Source of the DNA: Octopus sinensis
Taxonomy: Eukaryota
Length of the DNA stretch: 64,000 nt
Assembly: GCF_006345805.1 (NCBI RefSeq)
Contig: NC_043010.1
Location: 19,406,001-19,470,000 of the forward strand
Reading direction: 5' to 3'
A program made the translations under genes and the position numbers. This document shows, in pieces, positions 51,061 through 63,890 of this stretch. The notes under the pieces are model-generated. The model saw nothing but the letters and a program-made list of their open reading frames with translations. It ran no database searches and was not told the origin of the DNA. How positions within the stretch are numbered: the stretch's first letter is position 1; each line of letters starts with the position of its first letter.

Positions 51061-51874
51061 CATCTAATATCCTACAAAATTTGTTTCGATATTATTTCTG
51101 ATGAATTTTAAAGAAGAAACTGCACTAAAATACCATTTCTAAAAATGTTCACCGTTTGCTTTCTTCCTCTGCAACTTCAGTTTCGAGTAATTTGGAACTC
51201 TTATGAATTCATAGAAAAGTTACAGCCTTTGCAGAAAATGCATTTCTTCCGATTTTTTAAATTCTATTTATTTATTTATTTTGTGTGTGTCTGTTCTAAA
51301 TTCCAAATCCTGTGGGGCAGTTTGCCTTTCAATCATTTCTGACAGAAGGTTTCACCGGAATTGATGATGATGAAACTGCATAATTTCATCCATCCAGGCT
51401 CCTAGTTATATATCTCCTAGTGATAGCATGGATATTTCTAAAATTGCAGTTGAGGTACACCACTACAACGAAGTAGAACCCAACAATATCAAATGAAAAA
51501 CCACAGGGACGCGTTTGATATCCGACGGGTGGGCTTCCTGGGTACAGGACATTACCAACTGTGTAATCAACATGAAAGTACAAAAACAATAAATTTTGGA
51601 ATTTATAGGAGCAACTGTCTTCGAAGACTCATATTATCGTTGATTGCTCGAAATAAGGAGTAGATAGACAGCTGACAACTGATGAAGGGTCGTTCTTTGT
51701 GTCACATGCTTTGTTTTCCATTTTTCTCTCATTGTTGGCGTATTTAACTCGTTTTTGTACTTCATGTTGTTTACAGTTTGTGAGTCCTGTACCCATTTAT
51801 GCATATATATTTATATATATATATACACACACGCGCATATTATTATTGTTATTATATATATATATATATATATA

Positions 51875-52040
51875 TGTTCCCCGCCCCATCGCTTGACAAC
51901 CGATGCTGGTGCGTTTACGTCCCCGTAAGCAAGCGGTTCGGCAAAAGAGACCGATAGAATAAATCCTGGGGTCGATTTGTTCGACTAAATGCAGTGCTCC
52001 AGCATGGCCACAGTCAAATGACTGAAACAAATAAAAGAAA
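51875..52040 (+). mobile_element. SINE family 2, 3' half
   Basis: CTTGACAACCGATGCTGG..CCAGCATGGCCACAGTCAAATGACTGAAAC. Confidence 0.8.
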
Positions 52041-52066
52041 AGAATATATATATATATATATATATA

Positions 52067-52145
<79 letters not shown>

Positions 52146-54399
52146 TAGAGAAGGGGTGCTTTTGGTCTCTAGCTATTTAAATTGTAAATGCGTTCTAATT
52201 ACCAATACACAAAGACATCAAAAGATGATATTTCGATTTAGCCATGCCGCTATCCTATAACAGCATCATCACTGTTTATTACATTGATAAGGTGACACAC
52301 GAATGTTCAAAAGGTCGATGGTTCGTATCTTGTCATCGTCATATTACGTTTAAATTATGGGAGGCTTTAGCATTTCGTGGCTCTGTTCAAATAATTGTAA
52401 ATAGGTGTTATGACGATGTATATCTCACCGCTGCCTGTAGTGTGGGTACTTGGTATCTGGGGAGAATTTCGTTAGTTTACACTGCTGTGTTATACGCCTA
52501 CATATTAACCTTACTTTGATGTTCAAGTCCTATCACAGACTTATTCTAACCAAATCTATATCAGCTAAATGTTAAAACAGTTTCGACAAAGTGTTTCCCT
52601 TTTTTTTTTTTAAATGACGAGAGTAGCCATAAACCTTCTCAAGGCCTCCATAATCAGTTGGTAAAAGTTATAACTACCAGTTGGTGGCATTAGAGGGAAC
52701 AACAAATTGAGAGAGAGAGAGAGCTATTGAGAAACAGGGACTGCCACCACCATCCATCCCTCCACACACGCACAACCGATGAGTTTCCGAAAAGTTTCTA
52801 TCCACCAAATTTGATCCACAAGATTTTGATCGACTCGTTGGATTTATAGAAAACATTTGTCCAAGATGCTGTGCAATAGAATGGGACGAGAGGTTAGGTC
52901 GTTGCGAAGCGAAATTCTTAAGCTCCACAGTGACCTGTAAGTTCATATTTGTAGCGAGGAAGCTGTCAGAACTGTGTACGATAAGTATTATTGACATTAA
53001 ATGTACACACACGGAGTGTCACTCATTGGCACAGCTGAACAAATTGAAGGAAAAGGTCACAGGACATCGAATTGTTTAAGAAAACCTATAAGGAAATATG
53101 AGAAATAAAGATCGTAAGAAATGTGGAGCAAAGTCCTGGTTATTATATGACACAGTGAGAGCGGGAGTGCTGTGTGAGTACAGTTAATATAAGAAGGGTG
53201 AGAGGGCTGTGTGTTTTTAATATGCAAATGGTGAGAGTATTGCGTGTGCAGTTTTAATAGATGGAGAGTGAGAGGGTTGTATGTGCATAATTTTTAAACT
53301 CGTTGGCGCCCACTTTGGGTCGGATATTAAAAGAAGATAATTTACGTTTTACTGCGTGTCTATGTGTGAATGTGTGTACACAGCTGTATAATTGAGTCGG
53401 GATGTGCAATGGGGCTGGTGGTTTTTCATGGTGATGATGATGATGACGGTTTATTCGTTGTAGTGTTGATGATAGCGATAGAAGTGGTGATGTTTGCTGC
53501 ATTTAGTTTGTGAAAGAGTGGTGGTGGTGGTGGTGGGAGGGGTTGTAAGAGTTATGTTATTAATAGTGGTGATGAGGATGGTGTTGATATGTTTTTATCG
53601 GCCTATTTACAACATAAGGAAAAAAAAGTATCCACGTTTGAGAAGTTGTTCTATTTTAGGTTATCTTAATGCTGAAAGAGCACAGATGGCGTTAGAGGAG
53701 GGCTCAGGACTAACATTCTGTTTGTACAACTTTCTATCCACATCTTGGTTGGAAAATAACATCTACAACATGTCAGATAACAAGCGAGTCAACATGGGAG
53801 TCTCGATGCGGTCGCTCGACTGTCTAGAAATAACAACCAAACCTCCCCTCAAATTGCACATTATTGTTTTTCAAAGGGAAGGGCATATTTAATAATGTAG
53901 TCCATGGTATACTATAGTTGAAGAAGAAAAAAGGGAGATATATAATTACGATTGAAACAGGTTTAACCATCATTTTATTTGATCAGGGGTAAACCCGGAA
54001 GTGGAATAAACAACAATGGTAGCAGCTCTGAACATGCAAAGTACAACTAACAATTTTTGTGGGGCGCTACTGCTTCTCCATACACAAACATTGTGCACTG
54101 CTCCATCATCCTCAAAGGCTATTCTATTGATTAGAAAACCTTCGATCGACCAACACATTGCTACAGTCATTGGCTACTGACTCACTGTGTCTTCTCTTTA
54201 TTTGCTCTACCGCTTTGTAACGAGCTTAGTGTGTGAGTGAATATCTCTTGTGCACTTTTGGGGTGCACAAAGCAATCACTCTCACTAGCCGCTGCTTTAA
54301 TAATCCAGAATCTCTGCCCGTCAGAAACAACAAGACGCAGACGTAAAATATATATAACTACTTTATTCTCTTTCTTGGTAACCATAACAATAAGTGTGT

Positions 54400-54810
54400 T
54401 ATCTGGTGTCCTTGATTCTGGGCGCGCAAGGCTGAAAGTTAATAGATTGTAATATTTACAATGTCCAGCCGCTAAACCAGAAAGGGGTCAAGATGGCGTC
54501 GAACAGGGAAGTTGAATGTGGTCGGCAACAATTTGGTTAAAGGCATTCGGCCGACTGCTGCTATCAACCGGAGAGAATATATGCGTGACCGCCGCCTTCA
54601 ATCGCTGGGTCCCAAGTCGCCGCTTGCTGCTGCTAGTGGTCAAACGTTCTACGACCCCCTTGCCTCGCTAACTACCACGATAGGCAAGCGGGTCGTGCTT
54701 CCGGTGGTTCGCGCATGCGCGAGAGGGCCCTTCCTTTCTCTGCCTTGGTAAAGGCACCAACACGCGCGAAATACAAATGGACGGTGCGCGAGCGCGCGCC
54801 GTTGTAGGAT
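54400..54810. promoter_or_regulatory. CpG-rich promoter-like island
   Basis: Marked GC/CpG enrichment over background. YY1-type CAAGATGGCG at 54489-54498, ETS-type CTTCCGG at 54698-54704, NRF1-type GCGCATGCGC at 54711-54720, and another CCGGAAGT at 53995-54002. Confidence 0.55.
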
Positions 54811-55239
54811 CACTACAGCTTCTAAAACAGTTACTGCTCACCTAAATTAAGAACACTGTACCTCTCTGCCGATGTCCATCAAATGTAGTCACATCTTTCG
54901 GCGTTCCTTCTGCCTCTGCACTCTCCCCTACTCACCAAACCCCGAATCAGCAAATGCTGTACCTCCCGGATCAACCCCTTCCAATATAGCCACCTCTCTA
55001 ACACCATCTCTCTATACTAAACACTCACCGATTCTGGCTACCAACAACTGAAACCATCCAGAACTCCCTCCTTGTTCACCTTGCAATATATCAACCATAA
55101 CAGGTTCATTGTCATATACCTCACCAACCCGGGAGTTCTGCGCCCTTTCCGTCAACTAAATAAACTTTAGAAAATAAACACCACATTACAAACAGCAATA
55201 AGCTCCGTGTGTTTGATCTGCATGGAGAATGAACGACAT

Positions 55240-55720
55240 TGCCACATTCGATCCACCTCCTTTCTCACATAGTAATGTTGTTGTGGAGCTCTGGTAAGTC
55301 CGACCTAAGACACCAAGATCTATGTTCCATAATAAACCATATCCTTCACACGACACTTGTCCTTGATGTGTATTTCATACAGTGCGCCCCAAAGGTGGCT
55401 CCAACCCTGGCCAAACTCTTCAATCTCTCCCTATGGGATTCTATATCAATATTTGGAAAAACACAAAAATGTGCTCCTCTCCTCAAACTTTGAAAACTAC
55501 CAATGTGTTTAAGTTCACTTCCAACAATCTAGTGATCACCTCTTTCATCATCACCTTGACTTCCTTAAAGTCAGATCTGCCGGAGACCTTCTCTCCATAT
55601 CCTTCACTAGTGGGTCCCCTTACCCTTCAGATCTGAAAGCTTTCCCGTAGTAATACTACTTCACTTCACATCAACAAGGACTATAAGCATGTCTGGCCTA
55701 TCCATGGTTTACATCTGTCT
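55240..55720 (+). mobile_element. Decayed CR1/L2-type reverse transcriptase fragment
   Basis: CAPKVAPTLAKLFNLSL matches the CR1 RT entry motif CA..LA.PLA.LFN.SL. Confidence 0.65.
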
Positions 55721-56499
55721 GTCATTTATTGCCGAAGATACCGATGGGACGCCTCCTTGTCAACACTCTTCCTTTTCTACATTGTTAGCCAACGAGGAAT
55801 CCTCTGCTTGATCGCTCGCCCTGCTAGAAAAAGCAGGCAAATCTTCCTTAACTTACTTACATCATACAGTCAGTAAAAATACATAAAAAGGAATGTATGT
55901 CTTTGACCATTGTTCTACCTAATTCATAGACGATATCGTACCTTTACTGGTCGTTACATAGCCTAAACACTTGACACATAATACAGGAGTCGAGCTTTGA
56001 GCATTTAGACACACAGCTAAACACTGAAATAGTTTGATGGCCGTGTTTCCACCCAAGTAATGGCTGACAGCATTAATGTTTGATGTTGAAAATAATTAAA
56101 GAGATGTTGAAACAGTCTTCTTTGTTATAGAACACGACCGAAATTTCACTGACGGTTGTTCATTTTATGACTCATTGCTTTCTTTTAATTGCTCATGTGA
56201 GACTGACACAGAAGCTTTTAAGATGATATACTGGCTGATGCGATATTTTTAAGATAGAAATCTTCGCTTTTAAAGAGTGATAGAGAGTGTGGGTAGGGAT
56301 TTACGAAAGTTGATGTTTCGTCTAAATGTCAACCTCCGCGCCTCTTCCATTTTTTAAATTTAATATTTTAATTAATTTCTTGAAAGTTCTTTGGTGTTGC
56401 AAGCTTAAATTTACTTAAACATACAACGACTCAATGATTTTTACCTATCACATACATACATAGCACCCTAGACTGCACTCAAACATGTCTCCCTCTGTA

Positions 56500-57400
56500 C
56501 TGCTATACTTATCCCCTCATTTGATGTCCGTGAGCATAATTTCTCAAAATCTCTACTGTTTGATCTCTCGTCCTCAGACGTCTGCGAGCCCTTGACCATT
56601 ATTGTGAACAACGCCTGCTTCTGTTTCTGCGGCTCCACTTATAAAGAGACATTACAACTATCGATGGGGTCAAGTCCATTAAGTCCACTAGTCATATACG
56701 GACCAGCTTGAGTACAGTGTTATTAACACTGCTTGCTGTTCCAGCGCTTTCTTCTCCACAATATGGCATCAATGAAATCGACCACATAGGATCTCCACTT
56801 CCTTTCTCTCCTCGATTTCCGATTCAAAATCACAGAGAAGGCATCCATTAATACAAATTTTCACATAGAAGCCGCTTGAGTCTATTTATGCATTACAGGT
56901 CATCTCTACCAGCAAGCTAATATTAAGGCCGACTTCATATGGAATGAAATCTCCCGTTAAACATACAGCGAAGAAAAGCCAGTATCAATCACTTCTAAGG
57001 ATATTAGTGAATAATAAATTTCGTGCACCCTTTACCAGATACTGATCCGGTATTAAATCCTCAAAGAAGGTTCACATCTCCAATAACAGCATTTACTTTC
57101 TAAAACTATCGCGCTTGGATTAAAGAACCGCCGCTGCAATCCACCAGACGATTCTGAAGGAGGGACGGGACATACAACTGGCGAACTGTGTGTCTTCTTT
57201 GGGAAAATGCTTGTCTTAGAATCAGCCTTCATAAAGCAATACTATAAGCTCACTGGCAAGCTAACCTATCAACGATGTAGCGTCTAATAATGTAGTGGAT
57301 CTCACTCTGTAAGAACCGCTCATGAACTCCACATTCATATAAAGGACATATTCATACAAAAGTTTCTTCTGTTGGAAACATCTCCAGAAATGTCTCAAGC
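56500..57400 (+). mobile_element. Decayed RTE-X-type LINE RT fragment
   Basis: Frame-hopping remnants resembling GVRQG..SP, GI..G..I, YGMEIS and FKYLG..RIA..AAL segments; no ORF of 60 aa or more. Confidence 0.45.
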
Positions 57401-57952
57401 CAGAACGGAATATTGGGAGTTTTAAAAAAGGCCATTTGTTTTAATAAATTAAATCCCTCTATCAACAACAGGCAAGAGGTAAGCGACACCAGTTAATATA
57501 ATATCAACAATCTGCAAAATTCTTCCAATCTTTACAATCCAAAAAATAACAACCAAGTCTCTTCGGTAAATACCGCCTTAAAGAGGGACGGATAGATTAA
57601 GCTAAAGGGGTGCTAGATTCAACAATCTAGAAAGAAAAAAAACGATGAGATGATCATAATTATGGCGTCCTTGATCATTAGTATGCGCAGAACAATTCAA
57701 AAATAGTTACACATTCGACCTTTTGATTTCACGATTATCTCTTTGATGTAGTAGTAGCAGCAGCAGCAGTAGAGGTAGTAGTAGTAGTAGTAGTAGTAGA
57801 ACTTTGAGGGATCTGGACTCAACCATCTGCAATTTAAATGTAGTGGATTTATTTTTTTTTATTTAATTATTTTACTTACATCCCCCTTGTGTCCTTCCGT
57901 CGGTTCTAAATTACTCACATCCCGTCATTATACACAGCAACTTAAACTATGG

Positions 57953-58058
<106 letters not shown>

Positions 58059-58711
58059 TTGTTAGTGATGGCGGAAATAATCAGTTTATGGACACCAGAC
58101 AATTGTTTTCAGCAGACAGTTGGAGGGCTAAAATATTGAATTGAAAACAAAATGAATGGATAGAATAAATTGTAAAGATAAAGATGAAATAATTTCTAAA
58201 ATCGTTGCCGTCGTAGAATAAAGATAAGCCAGCAACTAAGCTAGATTGGGATTTACTTTCGAATCTGGTTCTGAATGAATCCATTTTATAATTGCATTGC
58301 AAACTATTTGCCATTAGTGTTGTTGAAGGACAATGAATGGAATCAATGGCGATATTTTGTTATGGACCTTTGCCTTCTTAATTCAAATCCTGCCGAGATA
58401 AAATTTTGCTTTTCGTTTATCTGATATCGATGGAATAAAGTACTAAAGTCGATTTAATCCACTAACCCCTTCCTACGAGTCTGTTATCGTGCTTGTGCCT
58501 ATGTTAGAAATGGTTATTAAAAGACGGTGATTCGGGAGAGCAACATACAAAATGTTTTGCGGTATTTTGTTGCGTACCTTTACATTCTGGTTTCTCCAGT
58601 TCCACTCCTATCTGTATATAACTTGGAGAGGAATTGACACCACTAAAATAACTTAACTCTAGATACATTATTTACACTAGACGTATATTTGTCCTCATCT
58701 TGTTTGTTGTT

Positions 58712-58757
58712 AACACAACGTTTCGGCTGATATACCCTCCAGCCTTCATCGAGTGTC
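58712..58757 (-). ncRNA. Minimal type I hammerhead motif (mutated core)
   Basis: GACAC-TCGATGA-A-GGCTG(10 nt)CAGCC-GAA-ACGT-T-GTGTT; palindromic ACGT stem III; CUG altered to UCG. Confidence 0.55.
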
Positions 58758-58811
58758 CTGGGAATTTTCGAACCTGGGTTCTCATTCCTAAGGTATTCTT
58801 TGATGTTGTTG

Positions 58812-58870
<59 letters not shown>

Positions 58871-59162
58871 GAGTAGAGATCAGTGCATGCCATCAAAGTG
58901 ACAGTGGGGTAAAACATACGAAGCCCAGTATACCCATCATGACTACCCGTCTGATTAGGGGACACCAGGCACATGCATTACAACCATATGTGCGCGACAT
59001 GGTGATCTCATATCAAGATAAACAGCGCATGACCTTGCAGATGGGGCCCAGTTAGAATTTTCTTATAGCCCATCTCTTATACCAAGACAAAATGATGTAC
59101 ATAATAACACTTCCAATCAGTTGAGAAGCCATGAGAGCCACTGTCTGGTACTGCATCAAGGC

Positions 59163-59165
<3 letters not shown>
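58871..59165 (+). mobile_element. Unclassified retroposon 3' fragment inserted in an (ATT)n tract
   Basis: ~295 bp of unrelated sequence flanked on both sides by (ATT)n, inside the 58666-59283 element. Confidence 0.55.
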
Positions 59166-59209
<44 letters not shown>

Positions 59210-60508
59210 TCACTGCTTGGAATCGAACTCGGAATCTTGGGGTTAGTGGCTCGCACTCTTAATTACTACGCCATAGAACTGTGTTAACTCTAGATATTAA
59301 ACACTACAAAAACATGGCGTCTTCCGTGATGCTCCAATGACCAAAAAACTTGAGATTATGAGACAACACGTAAACTAACAAGGTTATTAGGCATGTCAGC
59401 TACCTGGCGGAAATACGTGATGTCAGTAAAAAGACGACAGTATTTTTGTTTTTCATACGAATGAGAAGATGAAGGATAAGGAGAATGTCTATGATCTTTG
59501 AAGATGATGGAAGGGAAAGACCTGCCCTGAATACTGTGACAAAGTGGACTCCACTAAAGGTGCCTGATGGCAAAGTGGTGTTAAATCAGATGTACGTTTA
59601 AGTCTACCACCCCAAACTGGAACGGTTTATCCGACGGACCTCTATAGTTTGTTTACCAAATTCCACCCACAATACTTTGGTAGACCCATGACTATGGTAG
59701 AGAATACATCACCCAGAGTGCAATGTTGTGGGATTGAATCGAAACTAACATAATTGCAAAACGAACTTCTTAACCTCACGATCATACCTGCATCTTGTTC
59801 GCCTATCAATCCTCTTAACTGCTTAAAAATAGTTAATAAAATCAATACTGTAGTCACAGACAACACTAGGTAGAAATAGGTACCAGCTCAAGTGTGGTTC
59901 AATCTCAGATCACAGTCCTCTTAGCTGTCAGAAATATGTATGAGCAGTCTAATAACAGCAGTGTATGTGTCATGGCCAGTGTGTTCAACAGTCTATTCCA
60001 TGCTAATTATCATTTAGACAACATACTTTACCATGCCTAAAATTTTACTTTATATATATGCTGGATATTGGTTCTATAATGCCTTAAGGCTACAACTGAT
60101 TCCATTGCAGCCAAAATAAGTGATTCTTTACATTTTCTCCTGTTGAAACATTTTGGATTTTCTGTTCATATTGTAAGTTTTATTGTTATTTTATTTTTTT
60201 TAGTTTCCCTTCTCCTCCTCCCATCACTCACTCTCTGACTCATGCACTCTCATCGTCACCTTACCCTTACATCACATTCTCTCTTTTCCCTCGTCTCCTC
60301 ACGCCTTTTCACTCCCACCTCTATTCCTGACCCTTCTTTTCCCCTCCACCCCACCTCACCCCCACCTGTATTACCACCACAACCCTCATCCTCCAACTCC
60401 TTTTCTTCTACCACCTTTCTCCTTCTCTTCCAACAAACACACACATGCGCGCACACACAGACATATATAAGCACACACAAACACACATATAAGCACACAC
60501 ACACACAC

Positions 60509-60710
60509 ATCAACAGTCGATCATCGTCTGCTTCTTCCAGACGTAAACTCTTCCCCCTCCTTCCTCCACAACATCTACTCCCACCCATACTCCTTCTTCA
60601 ATACCACTTACACCCCATTCCTCATGTACACTGCCCCCCCACACACACACACAACACGTGCACACGCACACACACACACACACTGATCGTCTGCTCCTTC
60701 CAAATGTAAT
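60509..60710 (+). repeat. Dispersed CT-rich repeat with partial tandem copy
   Basis: Homologous to 45121-45225; second partial copy at 60683-60705. Confidence 0.7.
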
Positions 60711-61249
60711 GGCCTTTCCCTTTCCTGTTTTGTTTTCCCGCTTTCCCCCATTTTCTTCCGACATGTCTCGCCGAGTCTATCCAGGTTTGTCATACCAACA
60801 CGATGACACTACTTGCCTTTCTCTGGAATGCAACATATGCGCATTCCGATCATTTCGTTGCACACAAATTGTTTTGCACGCAGCAGCAGACATGCGTCTG
60901 GAAGCGCGCGCGCGCGTGTATTTGTGTATGCATGTATGTGTCTGTCTGTTTTATGTATTTGTGTGTGAGCATATGTGTGTGTGTGCTTATATTGTGTGTG
61001 TGTGTGTGTATGTGAAATTATGTTCATGTGAATTATTTATGTACGCGTGCATGTGAGTGGAAATGCATTGATGTATATTTGAGAGTCTGTATTTATGTGT
61101 GTGTATAAGTTTGGTCGTACAAATAGGATAAAAAGAACTCGTGAATATTTATAGATATATATTAATCGGCCGAAATTCCGTCAGTGTCAAAGACCATGAA
61201 CGAAGCTGTCGATCCATGAGTCACTTTGTAACTCCTGCCAATTAAAAAT

Positions 61250-61301
<52 letters not shown>

Positions 61302-61554
61302 TATGTATGCATGCATACATGGATGTATGTATATATGTATGTATGTGTGTGTTTTAATGTTTGTTTTTCTAAGTCGAGTTATAATAAAAGTAATTTTACA
61401 TTAAACTGAAGTGTTACTCAATACTTTTCATAGAGTAGCTTTTTTATTTAGCTTCTTTTTTTTTTACAAGCATAGTGGTTGACTGTGACTTCGAAGTTTC
61501 GGCCTGCTTAGCCTTCATCTTGCACAAACACACATACATACCTATATATATGTG

Positions 61555-61591
<37 letters not shown>

Positions 61592-61940
61592 CAGCGAGAG
61601 AGGCAGAGTGAGACATAGTCAGGGAGATGTGTGGAAGTTTACGAATGTTAAAATGATTTTGTGCGTCATTGTTATAAGTTGGTTTAGTGTACCATTCAAA
61701 CTTTTATGCGTGTATAATATTTATACATGGGAGTGTTGATCAGTATGTGTGTGTGCGTGTTAAAGAGAGAGATTGTGTGCCCCAGCATGGCCACAGCCTC
61801 TGGCTGAAAAATGACAATGGAGTAATAGAATGTGTGGAAAGGAGAGAATCTGTGCCATACGTGTGTGAAAATGTACGATACGAAATATGAGTGACAGAAT
61901 GTGTGTGTTTGAGCGCTTGTGTATGTACTTCTTACATTAT

Positions 61941-62176
61941 AATACCTATTTCTTTATTGCCCACAAGGGGCTAAACACAGAGAGGACAAACAAGGACAGA
62001 CAAACGGATTAAGTCGATTATATCGACCCCAGTGCGTAACTGGTACTTATTTAATCGAGACCGAAAGGATGAAAGGCAAAGTCGACCTCGGTGGAATTTG
62101 AACTCAGAACGTAGCGGCAGACGAAATACCTCTAAGCATTTCACCCGGCGTTCTGTCGATTCTGCCAACTCACCGC
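61941..62176 (-). mobile_element. SINE family 1 monomer
   Basis: Reverse complement, full length; tail ends GAAATAGGTATT. Confidence 0.9.
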
Positions 62177-62939
62177 AACGTTATATGAATGTGTGTGTGT
62201 GTGTGTGTAGATGTCTGATTTTATCATTTCCTCCATCCATTCTTTATTTGTCTCATTAATGTGTCTGTGTGCAGGCCATGCGTGTGTGTGTGTGTGTATG
62301 TATGTTTGCATGCGTGTGTGTATACGTATGGCTTTGTGTGAGTCATTTCCGCCCACCAACACTTCACATTCTTGCTAATTCAGTGCATGTATGTAATGTC
62401 TGTGTGTATGTGTATATGTGTGTGTGTGTGCGTGCGCGCGTGTGCGTGTTTATGTGTTGCATGTATATACGTTTGTATGCATGTATGATATGTATGTTTG
62501 TATCCAGGCATGCATTGTATTGTTCCTGTGTATGCATGCCTGCATGCATGCTTTAATTTTCCTTGAGTTTATATCATGACTGACCACCTGCCTAGTAACC
62601 AGCTTGTAAAGAAAGGATCTTCTATTTGTCATTCTTTTGTGCAAATCACCCACCCATCCATTCATCCATCCATCCACCTACCCATCCACCAATCCATCCA
62701 CCCACTCATCCATCCATTCACCCATCCATCCATCCATCCATTCCTTCATTCATTCATTCATTCATTCAGCCTTTAAAGTTTTAAAACCTTGTAGAATGTG
62801 ATTGTTCCAAGCCATCGTGATTGCTTGCAGAATACCAATTCTGTCAGTACTTCGGTACAGGCATAATGAAGGAATGTGGCCTTGTCCAGGCATGGACATC
62901 CATTATCAGGAAGCAGGTCACATAAGATATCTTTTTATT

Positions 62940-63295
62940 TTTTATATTTTGTTTCAGCCGTTTGTCTGTGGCCATGCTGGGGCACCGCCTTGAAGAATTT
63001 TTAATTAAATCAACCCTAGGACTTTAAAAAAAAAAAAAATTGTACTAATTCTATCATTTTCTTCTGCTGCCGAACTACTAAGTTATGGGGATGTAAACAA
63101 ACCAACACCAGTTGTCAAGTGGTGTTGGGGATAAACACAGACAAAGACACACACACACATATATACAATGGGCCTTGTGAGTGGATTTGGTAGTTTCTGT
63201 CTACCAGATCCACTTACAAATCTTTAATTGGCTCGAGGCTGTAGTGGAAGACACTTGCCCAAGGTGCTACACAGTGGGACTGAACCCAGAACCAT
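62940..63295 (-). mobile_element. SINE family 2
   Basis: Tail, central microsatellite and head region recognisable. Confidence 0.75.
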
Positions 63296-63620
63296 CATCA
63301 TCATCATCGTTTAACGTCCGCTTTTCATGCTAGCACGGGTTGGACGATTTGACTGAGGTCTGGCAAACCAGATGGCTGCACCAGACTCCAATCTGATCTG
63401 GCAGTGTTTCTACAGCTGGATGCCCTTCCTAACGCCAACCACTCCATGAGTGTAGTGGGTGCTTTTACGTGCCACCAGCACGAGGGCCAGTCAGGCGGTA
63501 CTGGCAACGGCCACGCTCAAATGGTGCTTTTTATGTGCTACCTGCACAGGAGCCAGTCCAGCGGCACTGGTAACGACCCCGCTCGAATGTTTTTTCTTCA
63601 CGTGCCACCAACACAAGTGC
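63296..63620 (-). mobile_element. RTE LINE 3' tail with three internal repeats
   Basis: CATCATCGTTTAACGTCCGCTTTTCATGCTAGCACGGG signature. Confidence 0.85.
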
Positions 63621-63769
63621 TAGTAAGGCGACCTTGTGTTTCAGAAACAAGCTTCTTACCACACAGCTATACCTGCTCCTCATCATCAGGCCGGTCACAC
63701 TACAAAAATAATTGAAGCTGATTTTTCATTGATGAACCATTTAGAAAAATACTGCAAGCCTGGCCCAGT

Positions 63770-63890
63770 TGGTGAGTGTGTTATGCTCATTATTGTAATG
63801 TTGTGGGTTCAATTCCTGGCCTAACCAATGTGTTGTAGCTTTGAGCAAAACACTTCATTTCGCATTGCACAGTCTACTCAACTGTAATGA
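63770..63890 (+). mobile_element. SINE family 3, 5' part
   Basis: GGGTTCAATTCCTGG B-box and CTTTGAGCAAAACACTTCATTTCGCATTG box. Confidence 0.6.

Larger units (their letters stand above)
58666..59283 (-). mobile_element. tRNA-headed SINE with Penelope-type hammerhead tail (with nested insertion)
   Basis: A-box 59263-59273, B-box 59219-59230, (AAT)n, hammerhead tail; perfect 13-bp TSD TTAACTCTAGATA at 58653-58665 / 59284-59296. Confidence 0.75.

Noticed and set aside
53494-53892. 132-aa ORF with an internal TTTTAG acceptor (GYLNAERAQMALEEG..)
   Set aside because: The N-terminus is a (GGT)n repeat, there is no donor and no recognisable domain, so it is insufficient to call.
54493-54540. MASNREVECGRQQFG as a named gene start
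   Set aside because: Too short, the donor is uncertain, and I do not recognise the N-terminus, so no gene symbol was assigned.
59205-59275. tRNA genes at SINE heads (also 31800-31875, 18450-18525)
   Set aside because: A and B boxes are present, but there is no complete acceptor stem or cloverleaf, and the sequence runs on into SINE bodies.
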